Source: Clostridiales bacterium (GTDB lineage Bacteria > Bacillota > Clostridia > Oscillospirales > Acutalibacteraceae). From it: a stretch of DNA of 64,000 bases. The stretch covers positions 9,915 to 73,914 of the forward strand of contig JAJQGK010000122.1 of NCBI GenBank assembly GCA_021200555.1, read 5' to 3'. This document shows, one piece after another, positions 27,750-36,140 of this stretch (position 1 is its first letter; the number at the start of each line of letters is the position of its first letter). The position numbers and the translations under genes were made by a program. The notes under the pieces were generated by a model. That model was not told the origin of the DNA. It saw only the letters and a list, made by a program, of their open reading frames with translations, and did not search any database.

Positions 27750-30362
27750 ATGAATAAGTACAACATTGCTCAGGATCCCGAATCCCTTGAAACAGTGCTT
27801 GCATCTGTCAGAGAGGCACAGAAGGTTTTTGCCACCTATTCACAGGAACAGGTTGACAAAATCTTTCTCGCAGCTGCAACGGCTGCAAACAAAATGCGTA
27901 TTCCTCTTGCAAAAATGGCTGTTGAAGAGACGGGCATGGGCGTAGTGGAGGACAAGGTTATTAAAAACCACTATGCGGCCGAATATATCTATAACGCCTA
28001 CAAAGATACAAAGACCTGCGGCGTTATAGAGGAGGATAAGGCTTACGGCATAAAGAAAATTGCCGAGCCTATAGGCGTTGTCGCAGCTGTAATTCCGACT
28101 ACAAACCCAACCTCAACCGCAATCTTTAAAACTCTTATTTCACTTAAAACAAGAAACGGCATTATTATCAGTCCTCACCCCAGAGCGAAAAAATGCACGG
28201 CGGAAGCGGCAAAAGTCGTTCTTGATGCAGCTGTTGAGGCAGGCGCTCCCGAGGGAATTATAGGATGGATAGAAACTCCGTCGCTTGAAATGACAAACAC
28301 TCTTATGAAAGAGGCCGACATTATCCTCGCCACAGGCGGCCCCGGAATGGTCAAGGCTGCTTATTCCAGCGGCACTCCGGCTCTGGGAGTAGGTGCGGGA
28401 AATACACCGGCTATTATTGATGACTCCGCAGATATTATTCTTGCGGTAAACTCAATCATACATTCAAAAACATTTGACAACGGCATGATATGCGCATCCG
28501 AGCAATCCGTTATAGTTCATAAGGATGTTTACAACAAGGTCAGAAAAGAATTTCTTGACAGAGGATGCTATTTCCTTAACAGCGATGAGCTTAACAAAGT
28601 AAGAAAAACCATCTTGATTAACGGAGCGTTAAATGCTAAAATAGTAGGACAGAAGCCCTTTACTATCGCAGCTTTGGCGGGAGTGAAAATTCCCGAGGAG
28701 ACCAAGGTTCTTATAGGCGAAGTCGAAAGCGTTGACATCAGCGAGGAGTTTGCCCATGAAAAACTGTCTCCCGTGCTTGCTATGTACAAGGCTCAGAGCC
28801 TTGATGACGCATTTGATAAGGCTGAACACCTTATTGCGGACGGCGGATACGGTCACACGTCCTCAATTTACCTCAATACCGACGCACGCAGCGAACAGCT
28901 CTCCGTATTTTCCGAGAGAATGAAAACATGCCGTATTCTTGTAAATACACCTTCATCTCAGGGCGGTATCGGCGATATGTACAACTTCAAGCTTGCGCCT
29001 TCCCTTACTTTGGGCTGCGGCTCCTGGGGCGGAAATTCCGTTTCCGAAAACGTTGGCGTGAAGCATCTTTTAAACGTTAAAACTGTTGCCGAGAGGAGAG
29101 AGAATATGCTTTGGTTCAGAGCACCTGAAAAGGTTTACATAAAGAAGGGCTGTCTGCCTGTGGCTCTTGACGAGCTTAAAACCGTAATGCACAAGAAAAA
29201 AGCTTTTATCGTTACCGATAGCTTCCTTTACAAAAACGGTTATACAAAACCCATTACCGACAAGCTTGATGAAATGGGAATTTTGCACACCACATTCTTT
29301 AATGTTGCTCCAGATCCCACACTTGCATGCGCAAAGGAAGGCGCAGCTCAAATGACAGCTTTTGAACCCGATGTGATTATAGCCGTAGGCGGCGGCTCGG
29401 CTATGGACGCCGGCAAGATTATGTGGGTTATGTACGAGCATCCCGAAGCAGATTTTATGGATATGGCAATGCGTTTTGTCGATATCAGAAAGAGAATCTA
29501 CACATTCCCGCATATGGGTGACAAGGCGTATTTTATTGCGGTTCCGACCTCTGCGGGTACAGGCTCTGAGGTAACTCCCTTTGCGGTTATCACCGATGAG
29601 AAGACCGGCGTAAAATATCCTCTTGCGGATTATGAGCTGCTTCCGAAAATGGCTATAGTAGATGCGGATATGCATATGACAGCACCCAAGGGACTTACCG
29701 CCGCTTCCGGTATCGATGCTGTAACCCACGACCTTGAAGCATATGCATCAATGATGGCAACCGATTACACGGACGGACTTGCTCTCCGTTCCTTGAAGAT
29801 GATATTTGAAAATCTTCCGGCTGCATATGATAACGGACCAAATGACCCCGCAGCAAGAGAAAAAATGGCAAATGCCGCTACAATGGCAGGTATGGCTTTT
29901 GCAAACGCCTTCTTGGGTGTCTGCCATTCCATGGCTCATAAGTTAGGTGCTTTCCATCACCTTCCTCACGGCGTGGCAAATGCGCTTATGATAGACGAGG
30001 TTCTGCGTTTTAATGCCGCTGAGGTTCCCGCCAAGATGGGTACATTCCCTCAGTATGATCATCCGCATACTCTTGCACGCTACGCAGAGGTTGCAGACTA
30101 TCTCGGTATAAAGGGTAAAAATGACAGCGAAAAGCTTGAAAATCTCATCAAAGCCATTGACGAGCTTAAAGAGAGAGTGGGCATTAAAAAGACAATCAGG
30201 GATTATGTTCCCGATGAGCAGGATTTCCTTGACCGGCTTGATGATATGGTTGAGCAGGCGTTTGACGACCAATGCACAGGTGCAAACCCCAGATATCCTC
30301 TTATGAGTGAAATCAAGCAAATGTATCTTAACGCTTATTACGGCACACATGAAAATGTATAA
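27750..30362 (+). CDS. adhE: Bifunctional acetaldehyde-CoA/alcohol dehydrogenase
   Basis: 870 aa. N-terminal ALDH domain (catalytic DNGMICASEQS) plus C-terminal Fe-ADH domain (GGGSAMDAGK, HSMAHKLG). ATG at 27750 follows AAAGGAG. Confidence 0.95.
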   Translation: MNKYNIAQDPESLETVLASVREAQKVFATYSQEQVDKIFLAAATAANKMRIPLAKMAVEETGMGVVEDKVIKNHYAAEYIYNAYKDTKTCGVIEEDKAYGIKKIAEPIGVVAAVIPTTNPTSTAIFKTLISLKTRNGIIISPHPRAKKCTAEAAKVVLDAAVEAGAPEGIIGWIETPSLEMTNTLMKEADIILATGGPGMVKAAYSSGTPALGVGAGNTPAIIDDSADIILAVNSIIHSKTFDNGMICASEQSVIVHKDVYNKVRKEFLDRGCYFLNSDELNKVRKTILINGALNAKIVGQKPFTIAALAGVKIPEETKVLIGEVESVDISEEFAHEKLSPVLAMYKAQSLDDAFDKAEHLIADGGYGHTSSIYLNTDARSEQLSVFSERMKTCRILVNTPSSQGGIGDMYNFKLAPSLTLGCGSWGGNSVSENVGVKHLLNVKTVAERRENMLWFRAPEKVYIKKGCLPVALDELKTVMHKKKAFIVTDSFLYKNGYTKPITDKLDEMGILHTTFFNVAPDPTLACAKEGAAQMTAFEPDVIIAVGGGSAMDAGKIMWVMYEHPEADFMDMAMRFVDIRKRIYTFPHMGDKAYFIAVPTSAGTGSEVTPFAVITDEKTGVKYPLADYELLPKMAIVDADMHMTAPKGLTAASGIDAVTHDLEAYASMMATDYTDGLALRSLKMIFENLPAAYDNGPNDPAAREKMANAATMAGMAFANAFLGVCHSMAHKLGAFHHLPHGVANALMIDEVLRFNAAEVPAKMGTFPQYDHPHTLARYAEVADYLGIKGKNDSEKLENLIKAIDELKERVGIKKTIRDYVPDEQDFLDRLDDMVEQAFDDQCTGANPRYPLMSEIKQMYLNAYYGTHENV

Positions 30363-30380
30363 TATAAGGAGGATTTGACA

Positions 30381-31139
30381 ATGAGCTTTAATCTTGACAG
30401 AGTAATTGCCGTCAGAAACAACAAAACCGTTTACCGTGACGGCGGCAAGGCAATAAAGGTGTTTGACGCAGCATATAAAAAGGCGGATATCCTCAATGAA
30501 GCTTTAAATCAGGCGAGAATTGAAGAGACAGGTCTGAATATACCTAAAATTCAGGAGGTTACCGTTGTAGAGGGCGGCAAATGGGCAATTGTTTCGGATT
30601 ACATTGAAGGAAAAACCCTTGCAAGGCTTATGGAGGAAAATCCCGATAAGTATGACGAATATCTCAATCTTTTCGTTGATCTCCAGCTTCAGGTCCACTC
30701 TATGAAGTGTCCTCTGCTTAACAAGCTTAAGGATAAAATGAACCGAAAAATATCCGAAGCGGATATTGACGCCACAACCCGTTACGAGCTTCATACACGC
30801 CTTGAGGGTATGCCGAAGCATAATAAAGTTTGCCACGGCGATTTTAACCCTTCAAATATCATCATTTCTTCGGAGGGAACCCCTTACATTCTTGACTGGT
30901 CCCACGCCACTCAGGGCAACGCTTCCGCCGATGCGGCAAGAACATATCTTCTGTTCTGGCTGAGCGGGGATATGAACAGCGCTGAAAAATATCTCGATCT
31001 GTTCTGCAAAAAGAGCGATACCGCAAAACAGTATATCCAGAAATGGCTCCCGATTGTCGCAGCATCTCAATCGGTTAAGGGAAATCCCAAGGAGAGAGAG
31101 TTCCTCCTCTCATGGGTAAATGTTGTGGAATATGAATAA
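30381..31139 (+). CDS. Small APH/choline-kinase-fold (eukaryotic-like) kinase
   Basis: KAIKV lysine motif, catalytic loop CHGDFNPSNIII, ILDWS (DFG-equivalent). ATG at 30381 lies 8 nt after AAGGAGG and 18 nt after the adhE stop. Confidence 0.75.
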   Translation: MSFNLDRVIAVRNNKTVYRDGGKAIKVFDAAYKKADILNEALNQARIEETGLNIPKIQEVTVVEGGKWAIVSDYIEGKTLARLMEENPDKYDEYLNLFVDLQLQVHSMKCPLLNKLKDKMNRKISEADIDATTRYELHTRLEGMPKHNKVCHGDFNPSNIIISSEGTPYILDWSHATQGNASADAARTYLLFWLSGDMNSAEKYLDLFCKKSDTAKQYIQKWLPIVAASQSVKGNPKEREFLLSWVNVVEYE

Positions 31140-31167
31140 TTCACAATAATCTTACAATGTAAAAAAA

Positions 31168-31200
31168 CAAGCAGGCGGGGGCTTTTGCCCTCTTGCCTGT
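31168..31200 (+). terminator. GC-rich bulged hairpin, possible partial terminator or processing site between the kinase gene and the hydrogenase genes
   Basis: GCAGGCGGGGGC-TTTT-GCCCTCTTGCCTG forms two helices with a 2-nt bulge. Only a weak U-tract follows (TGTGTTGTTG). Confidence 0.35.
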
Positions 31201-31248
31201 GTTGTTGCGGAAACATATCAAAAAAATTCAGAAAAGGATGGTTCACTT

Positions 31249-31488
31249 ATGAAAATTACTGTATGTATCGGAAGCTCCTGTCATCTTAAGGGATCAAGAA
31301 GCGTTGTTGAAGAACTTCAATACCTCATTGCGGAAAACAATTTAAACGATAAGGTCGAATTGGGCGGCACTTTCTGTATGGGCAAATGTCAGGACGGAGT
31401 TTGCGTTACCGTAGATGATAAATTTTTCTCCGTTTCACCCGAAACAACCAAGGAATTTTTTGAAAAAGAAGTACTTGCAAAGGTGTGA
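31249..31488 (+). CDS. Thioredoxin-like [2Fe-2S] ferredoxin-family small protein, copy 1
   Basis: CIGSSCHLKG...GTFCMGKCQDG (Cx3C...Cx3C), 79 aa. Confidence 0.7.
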   Translation: MKITVCIGSSCHLKGSRSVVEELQYLIAENNLNDKVELGGTFCMGKCQDGVCVTVDDKFFSVSPETTKEFFEKEVLAKV

Positions 31489-31494
31489 TGGGAT

Positions 31495-31755
31495 TTGCTG
31501 ATTCAAATTTGTGTCGGAAGCTCATGCCATATAAAAGGCTCGGAGGAAATTGTGGAGCTTTTCGGAGAATATATCAAAAAATATAAGCTTGACAATGAGA
31601 TAACTCTTGCCGGAAGTTTTTGCACCGGAAAGTGCAACCGACAGGGAGTTACGGTGCAGTTCGACGATGAAATTGTCACCGGCATTACAAAAGACGACTT
31701 TAAAGAGGTATTCAAAAAATACGTCCTTGATCCTCTGAGTGTTAAGGAAATCTGA
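31495..31755 (+). CDS. Thioredoxin-like [2Fe-2S] ferredoxin-family small protein, copy 2
   Basis: CVGSSCHIKG...GSFCTGKCNRQG, 86 aa. TTG start 6 nt after the copy 1 stop. Clear paralogue of copy 1. Confidence 0.65.
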   Translation: MLIQICVGSSCHIKGSEEIVELFGEYIKKYKLDNEITLAGSFCTGKCNRQGVTVQFDDEIVTGITKDDFKEVFKKYVLDPLSVKEI

Positions 31756-31774
31756 TTGAAAGGACTGCTTACAA

Positions 31775-33448
31775 ATGGCTGAAGTTCTCAGACTGAAAAA
31801 ATCAAATTGTAAAAATTGTTATAAATGTATCCGCCACTGTCCGGTAAAGGCTATCAGAATTTCAGGCAATCAGGCGCACATAGTGGAGAATGAATGTATT
31901 CTTTGCGGTCAATGCTTTGTTGTCTGTCCTCAAAATGCCAAGGAGATTGTTGACGAAACGGAAAAGGTAAAAGTTCTTATCCAGTCAGGTGCTCCCGTTT
32001 ATGCAAGCATAGCTCCGTCGTTTGCCGCAAATTACGGAGGCATAGGAATAGGCGGCGTTGCGAAGGCTCTTAAGAAGCTCGGGTTTGAGCAGACTGAAGA
32101 GACTGCCGTCGGAGCAACCATCGTCAAAAAGGAGTATGAGCGTATTCTTAAAGAGGATAAGCCCGATATACTCATTTCTTCTTGCTGCCACAGCCTGAAT
32201 TTGCTTATTCAGAAGCATTTTCCGGCAGAGCTTCCTTATCTTGCGGATGTACTTTCTCCTATGCAGGCTCACGGACAGGATATTAAAAAACGATGTCCCG
32301 AGGCTAAGGTTGTGTTTATCGGACCCTGTGTGGCAAAAAAGGATGAGGCGGCTGTTTACGGAGGCAGCATAGATGCTGTGCTTACCTTTGAAGAGCTTAC
32401 AAACTGGCTTAATGATGAAAATATAACCATGGAACCGGATATGGATTTTGAAAAAAGAAGCCGAACAAGGATTTTTCCCACAACAGGAGGCATTTTGAAT
32501 TCAATGGATAAGATTGACGATTATACATATCTTGCCATTGACGGTACGGAAAACTGTATTGCGGCTCTTCGGGATATAGAAGAGGGGAACCTGCATAAAT
32601 GCTTTATTGAAATGTCCTCTTGTGCTGGAAGCTGTATCAGCGGACCTGTTATGGAAAAATTCCACCGCTCACCTGTCAGGGATTATGTTGCCGTAAAAAA
32701 ATACGCCGGGTCGGAGGACTTTGATACTTATACATATTCTCAAAGCGAGCTTACAAAAAATATTTCCTTTATCGACAAAAAGCTTAAAATGCCTACAGAA
32801 GCGGAAATTATGGCAACGCTGCGAACAATGGGCAAAAATAAAAAATCCGACGAGCTGAACTGCGGTTCCTGCGGTTATAACACCTGCCGTGAAAAAGCAA
32901 TTGCAATACTTCAGGGCAAGGCGGATGTTTCCATGTGCCTGCCGTTCCTAAAGGAAAAAGCGGAAAATTTTTCCGATACGATTATAAACAACACCCCCAA
33001 CGGAATTATCGTTATTAACGATGATTTGGAGGTTCAGCAGGTTAATAAGGCTGCAATGAAGATTATGAACCTTTCAAGCGCATCCGATATTTTGGGCGAA
33101 CAGGTTGTCAGAGTTCTTGATCCCTCCGATTTTATGGAGGTCAGGAAAACGGGAATGGCAATCCACGGCAAGCGTATTTATTTGGCGGAGTATGATAAAT
33201 ATGTTGAGGAAACAATTACACTTGACAGAGAGTATCATATTTTGATATGTATAATGAGGGACGTAACGGACGAGGAAAACGAACGCAGGAAAAAAGAATC
33301 TATCGGCAAGCAGACTGTTGAAATTGCGGATAATGTTGTCAATAAACAGATGCGGATAGTTCAGGAAATAGCGTCTTTGTTGGGTGAGACGACCGCCGAA
33401 ACAAAAATTGCCCTTACAAAGCTTAAGGAGTCGATAACCGATGAATAA
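31775..33448 (+). CDS. hydS: Sensory-type [FeFe]-hydrogenase homologue with C-terminal four-Cys motif and PAS domain (HydS/HfsB-like)
   Basis: N-terminal 2x[4Fe-4S] (CKNCYKCIRHCP, CILCGQCFVVCP). Altered H-cluster motifs SSCCHS, GPCVAKKDE, EMSSCAGSCISGP. Cx2Cx4Cx16C at residues 363-388. PAS-like residues about 397-500. Confidence 0.85.
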   Translation: MAEVLRLKKSNCKNCYKCIRHCPVKAIRISGNQAHIVENECILCGQCFVVCPQNAKEIVDETEKVKVLIQSGAPVYASIAPSFAANYGGIGIGGVAKALKKLGFEQTEETAVGATIVKKEYERILKEDKPDILISSCCHSLNLLIQKHFPAELPYLADVLSPMQAHGQDIKKRCPEAKVVFIGPCVAKKDEAAVYGGSIDAVLTFEELTNWLNDENITMEPDMDFEKRSRTRIFPTTGGILNSMDKIDDYTYLAIDGTENCIAALRDIEEGNLHKCFIEMSSCAGSCISGPVMEKFHRSPVRDYVAVKKYAGSEDFDTYTYSQSELTKNISFIDKKLKMPTEAEIMATLRTMGKNKKSDELNCGSCGYNTCREKAIAILQGKADVSMCLPFLKEKAENFSDTIINNTPNGIIVINDDLEVQQVNKAAMKIMNLSSASDILGEQVVRVLDPSDFMEVRKTGMAIHGKRIYLAEYDKYVEETITLDREYHILICIMRDVTDEENERRKKESIGKQTVEIADNVVNKQMRIVQEIASLLGETTAETKIALTKLKESITDE

Positions 33449-34613
33449 TCTTTGCGCCGACATAGGATACCGCAGCATTAACCACTATGGGGAAGAGCTG
33501 TGCGGAGATCATGTTGATGTTGTTGAGCAGGATGAAAATTCAATGGTAATCGTGCTTGCGGACGGATTGGGAAGCGGCGTAAAGGCAAGCATCCTCTCAA
33601 CTCTTACATCAAAAATTATCTCCACGATGATGGCAAGCGGTTTGTCAATCGAGGATTGCGTTGAGACAATTGCGGCGACGCTCCCTATCTGCACCTCAAG
33701 AGGAGTAGCTTACTCCACTTTTACGATTATCCGACTTGTCAATAACAGAGAAGCGGAAATCATACAGTATGACAATCCGCTGTTAATTCTTTTGCGTGAC
33801 GGCGAAAACTACGATTATCCCAAAACGGAAATGAATATCGGCGGAAAAAAGATTTACAAATCCGTGATACCGCTGATGGAGGATGATATTTTTATTGCCA
33901 TGAGCGACGGCTGTCCTCATGCCGGGATAGGTACGGCTTATAATTTCGGCTGGAAAAGACAGGACATCATAGAGTATATGAAAACCTTTTACTATGTCGG
34001 ATATACAGCCAAAACCTTGTCGTCAATCCTGCTTGACGAGGTTGACAGACTTTACGGCCACAAGCCCGGTGATGATGCTACGGTATGCACCGTCAGAATA
34101 AGAAAACGTCAGCCTATGAATATGCTTTTCGGTCCTCCGTCAAATCCCGACGACTGCAATAAGATGATGTCTTTGTTTTTCTCAAAAGAAGGCAAACATA
34201 TAATCTGCGGCGGCACAACCTCATCCATAGCGGCAAAGTATTTGGGCAAACCTATTAAGCCCAGCCTTGAGTTTGTGGATAAGGAAATTCCCCCTATAGC
34301 CGAGCTTGAGGGAGTGGATCTTGTAACCGAAGGAGTTATAACCGTAAACAAGGTTGTCGAATATGCAAGAGATTATTTGGTTGACAATAAATTCTACGAA
34401 AAGTGGAGCGTCGGCCGAGACGGTGCTTCACTTATTTGCAGACTGCTTTTTGAAGAGGCCACGGATATTAACTTCTATGTTGGAAGAGCTGTAAATCCCG
34501 CCCACCAAAATCCGGATTTGCCTATAAATTTCAATATCAAAATGAATCTTGTTACGGATCTTTCCGACTGCTTGAAAAAAATGGGGAAGCGGATAAAAGT
34601 CAGCTATTTTTGA
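33441..34613 (+). CDS. PP2C/SpoIIE-family serine phosphatase with unassigned C-terminal domain
   Basis: GDHVDVV...VLADGLGSGVKASILS...AMSDGCPHAG...DDATV metal-binding motifs. Start ATG overlaps the hydS stop by 8 nt (ATGAATAA). Confidence 0.85.
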   Translation: MNNLCADIGYRSINHYGEELCGDHVDVVEQDENSMVIVLADGLGSGVKASILSTLTSKIISTMMASGLSIEDCVETIAATLPICTSRGVAYSTFTIIRLVNNREAEIIQYDNPLLILLRDGENYDYPKTEMNIGGKKIYKSVIPLMEDDIFIAMSDGCPHAGIGTAYNFGWKRQDIIEYMKTFYYVGYTAKTLSSILLDEVDRLYGHKPGDDATVCTVRIRKRQPMNMLFGPPSNPDDCNKMMSLFFSKEGKHIICGGTTSSIAAKYLGKPIKPSLEFVDKEIPPIAELEGVDLVTEGVITVNKVVEYARDYLVDNKFYEKWSVGRDGASLICRLLFEEATDINFYVGRAVNPAHQNPDLPINFNIKMNLVTDLSDCLKKMGKRIKVSYF

Positions 34614-34662
34614 TTTTATTCTTTGTATATATGTTTGTTCATGAAAGGAATTGCATAAAAAG

Positions 34663-36087
34663 ATGAGAAAGTTTGATACTAAGGTACAATATCTTAAATA
34701 TAAGGTGCTTCGAGAGGTTGCAAGACAGGCGTGGAACGACACCTTGCTTGAAAATCTTCTTGAAATACCAAAGATTATCGTACCCGGCAACGAGCCTACT
34801 ATGCGCTGCTGCGTATATAAGGAGAGAGCAATTCTTTCCGAAAGGGTTAAGCTCGCTATGGGAGGCGATCCGAACAACCACAATTGTATAGAGGTTATCG
34901 ATATAGCCTGCGATGAATGCCCAATAGGCGGTTATGAGGTTACAAATGCATGCAGAGGCTGTCTTGCCCACAGATGCGAGGATGTGTGCAAAAGGGGAGC
35001 TATTTCTTTTGATCATCAGCAGAAGGCTCATATTGACAAGTCTAAATGTGTTGAATGCGGTCAATGTGCAAAGGTTTGTCCCTACGGTGCAATTACGGAC
35101 AATGTAAGACCGTGTGTGCGTTCATGCAAGGTTAAAGCGATTACCATGGATGAACAAAGAACTGCGGTTGTGAATAATGATAAGTGCATTTCCTGCGGTG
35201 CCTGTGTTTATCAATGCCCATTCGGCGCAATTATGGATAAATCATATATTTTAAATGTAATAGACATGATTAAGAAGTCTGAAAACAATACGAGATATAA
35301 AGTTTACGCTGTTGTCGCTCCGTCAATTGCCAGTCAGTTTACTTATGCCAAGTTGGGACAGGTTATTTCAGGGATAAAGGCTCTTGGATTTTTTACCGTG
35401 GTTGAAGCCGCTTTGGGCGCCGATATGGTTGCGTATGCGGAAGCAAAAGAGCTTGCGGAAAAAGGGTTCCTCACAAGCTCCTGCTGCCCGGCATTTGTTG
35501 ATTATGTCAAAAAACAGTTTCCGGATCTTGCCGAGCATATCTCTCATAATCTTTCTCCTATGGCAACGATTGCTAAATTTATGAAGGAGCGGGAGCCTGA
35601 CTGCAAAATTGTATTTATAGGTCCGTGCACCGCAAAAAAAATGGAATTTAAAAAGGAAGAGGTCAGACCGTATATTGACAGTGTTATGACCTTTGAAGAA
35701 CTCCAGGCGCTGTTTGACAGTAAGGATTTGGACATTACGCTGATGAACGAGGATGTTCTTGACAACGCTTCGTATTACGGCAGGATTTTCGCCAGAAGCG
35801 GCGGTCTTTCCGATGCAGTTAAACAAGCGCTTTCCGAGCATGGAATTGAAAACTTTGATTTAAAGGCTGTTCCATGCGACGGAATAGAAGCCTGCAAAAT
35901 CGCATTGCTTAAAGCCTCAAAGCGTGTCCTTGACGGCAACTTTATTGAGGGAATGGCTTGCGGCGGAGGCTGTATCGGCGGCGCAGGATGCTTGACTCAC
36001 GGTGAAAAGAATAAGTCTGAGGTTGATAAGTACGGCAGAGAAGCATACGAAAAAACAATATCGGATGCAATAAGCATTTTGAAGTAA
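34663..36087 (+). CDS. hydA: Monomeric [FeFe]-hydrogenase (ferredoxin-dependent HydA2-like)
   Basis: Several [4Fe-4S] motifs (CVECGQCAKVCP, CISCGACVYQCP). Canonical H-cluster motifs TSSCCPAF, GPCTAKKMEF, EGMACGGGCIGGAG. Confidence 0.9.
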   Translation: MRKFDTKVQYLKYKVLREVARQAWNDTLLENLLEIPKIIVPGNEPTMRCCVYKERAILSERVKLAMGGDPNNHNCIEVIDIACDECPIGGYEVTNACRGCLAHRCEDVCKRGAISFDHQQKAHIDKSKCVECGQCAKVCPYGAITDNVRPCVRSCKVKAITMDEQRTAVVNNDKCISCGACVYQCPFGAIMDKSYILNVIDMIKKSENNTRYKVYAVVAPSIASQFTYAKLGQVISGIKALGFFTVVEAALGADMVAYAEAKELAEKGFLTSSCCPAFVDYVKKQFPDLAEHISHNLSPMATIAKFMKEREPDCKIVFIGPCTAKKMEFKKEEVRPYIDSVMTFEELQALFDSKDLDITLMNEDVLDNASYYGRIFARSGGLSDAVKQALSEHGIENFDLKAVPCDGIEACKIALLKASKRVLDGNFIEGMACGGGCIGGAGCLTHGEKNKSEVDKYGREAYEKTISDAISILK

Positions 36088-36110
36088 CAAGTAAAAAGTG
36101 TTTGAAACAT

Positions 36111-36140
36111 ACAGCGGCGGCTCAGGCTTCCGCTGTTTTT
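36111..36140 (+). terminator. Intrinsic terminator ending the hydrogenase cluster
   Basis: ACAGCGG / CCGCTGT stem, 12-nt loop, TTTTT. Confidence 0.75.

Noticed and set aside
29070-29729. A 219-aa minus-strand ORF inside adhE.
   Set aside because: It is antisense to the Fe-ADH domain of adhE and has no independent signals.
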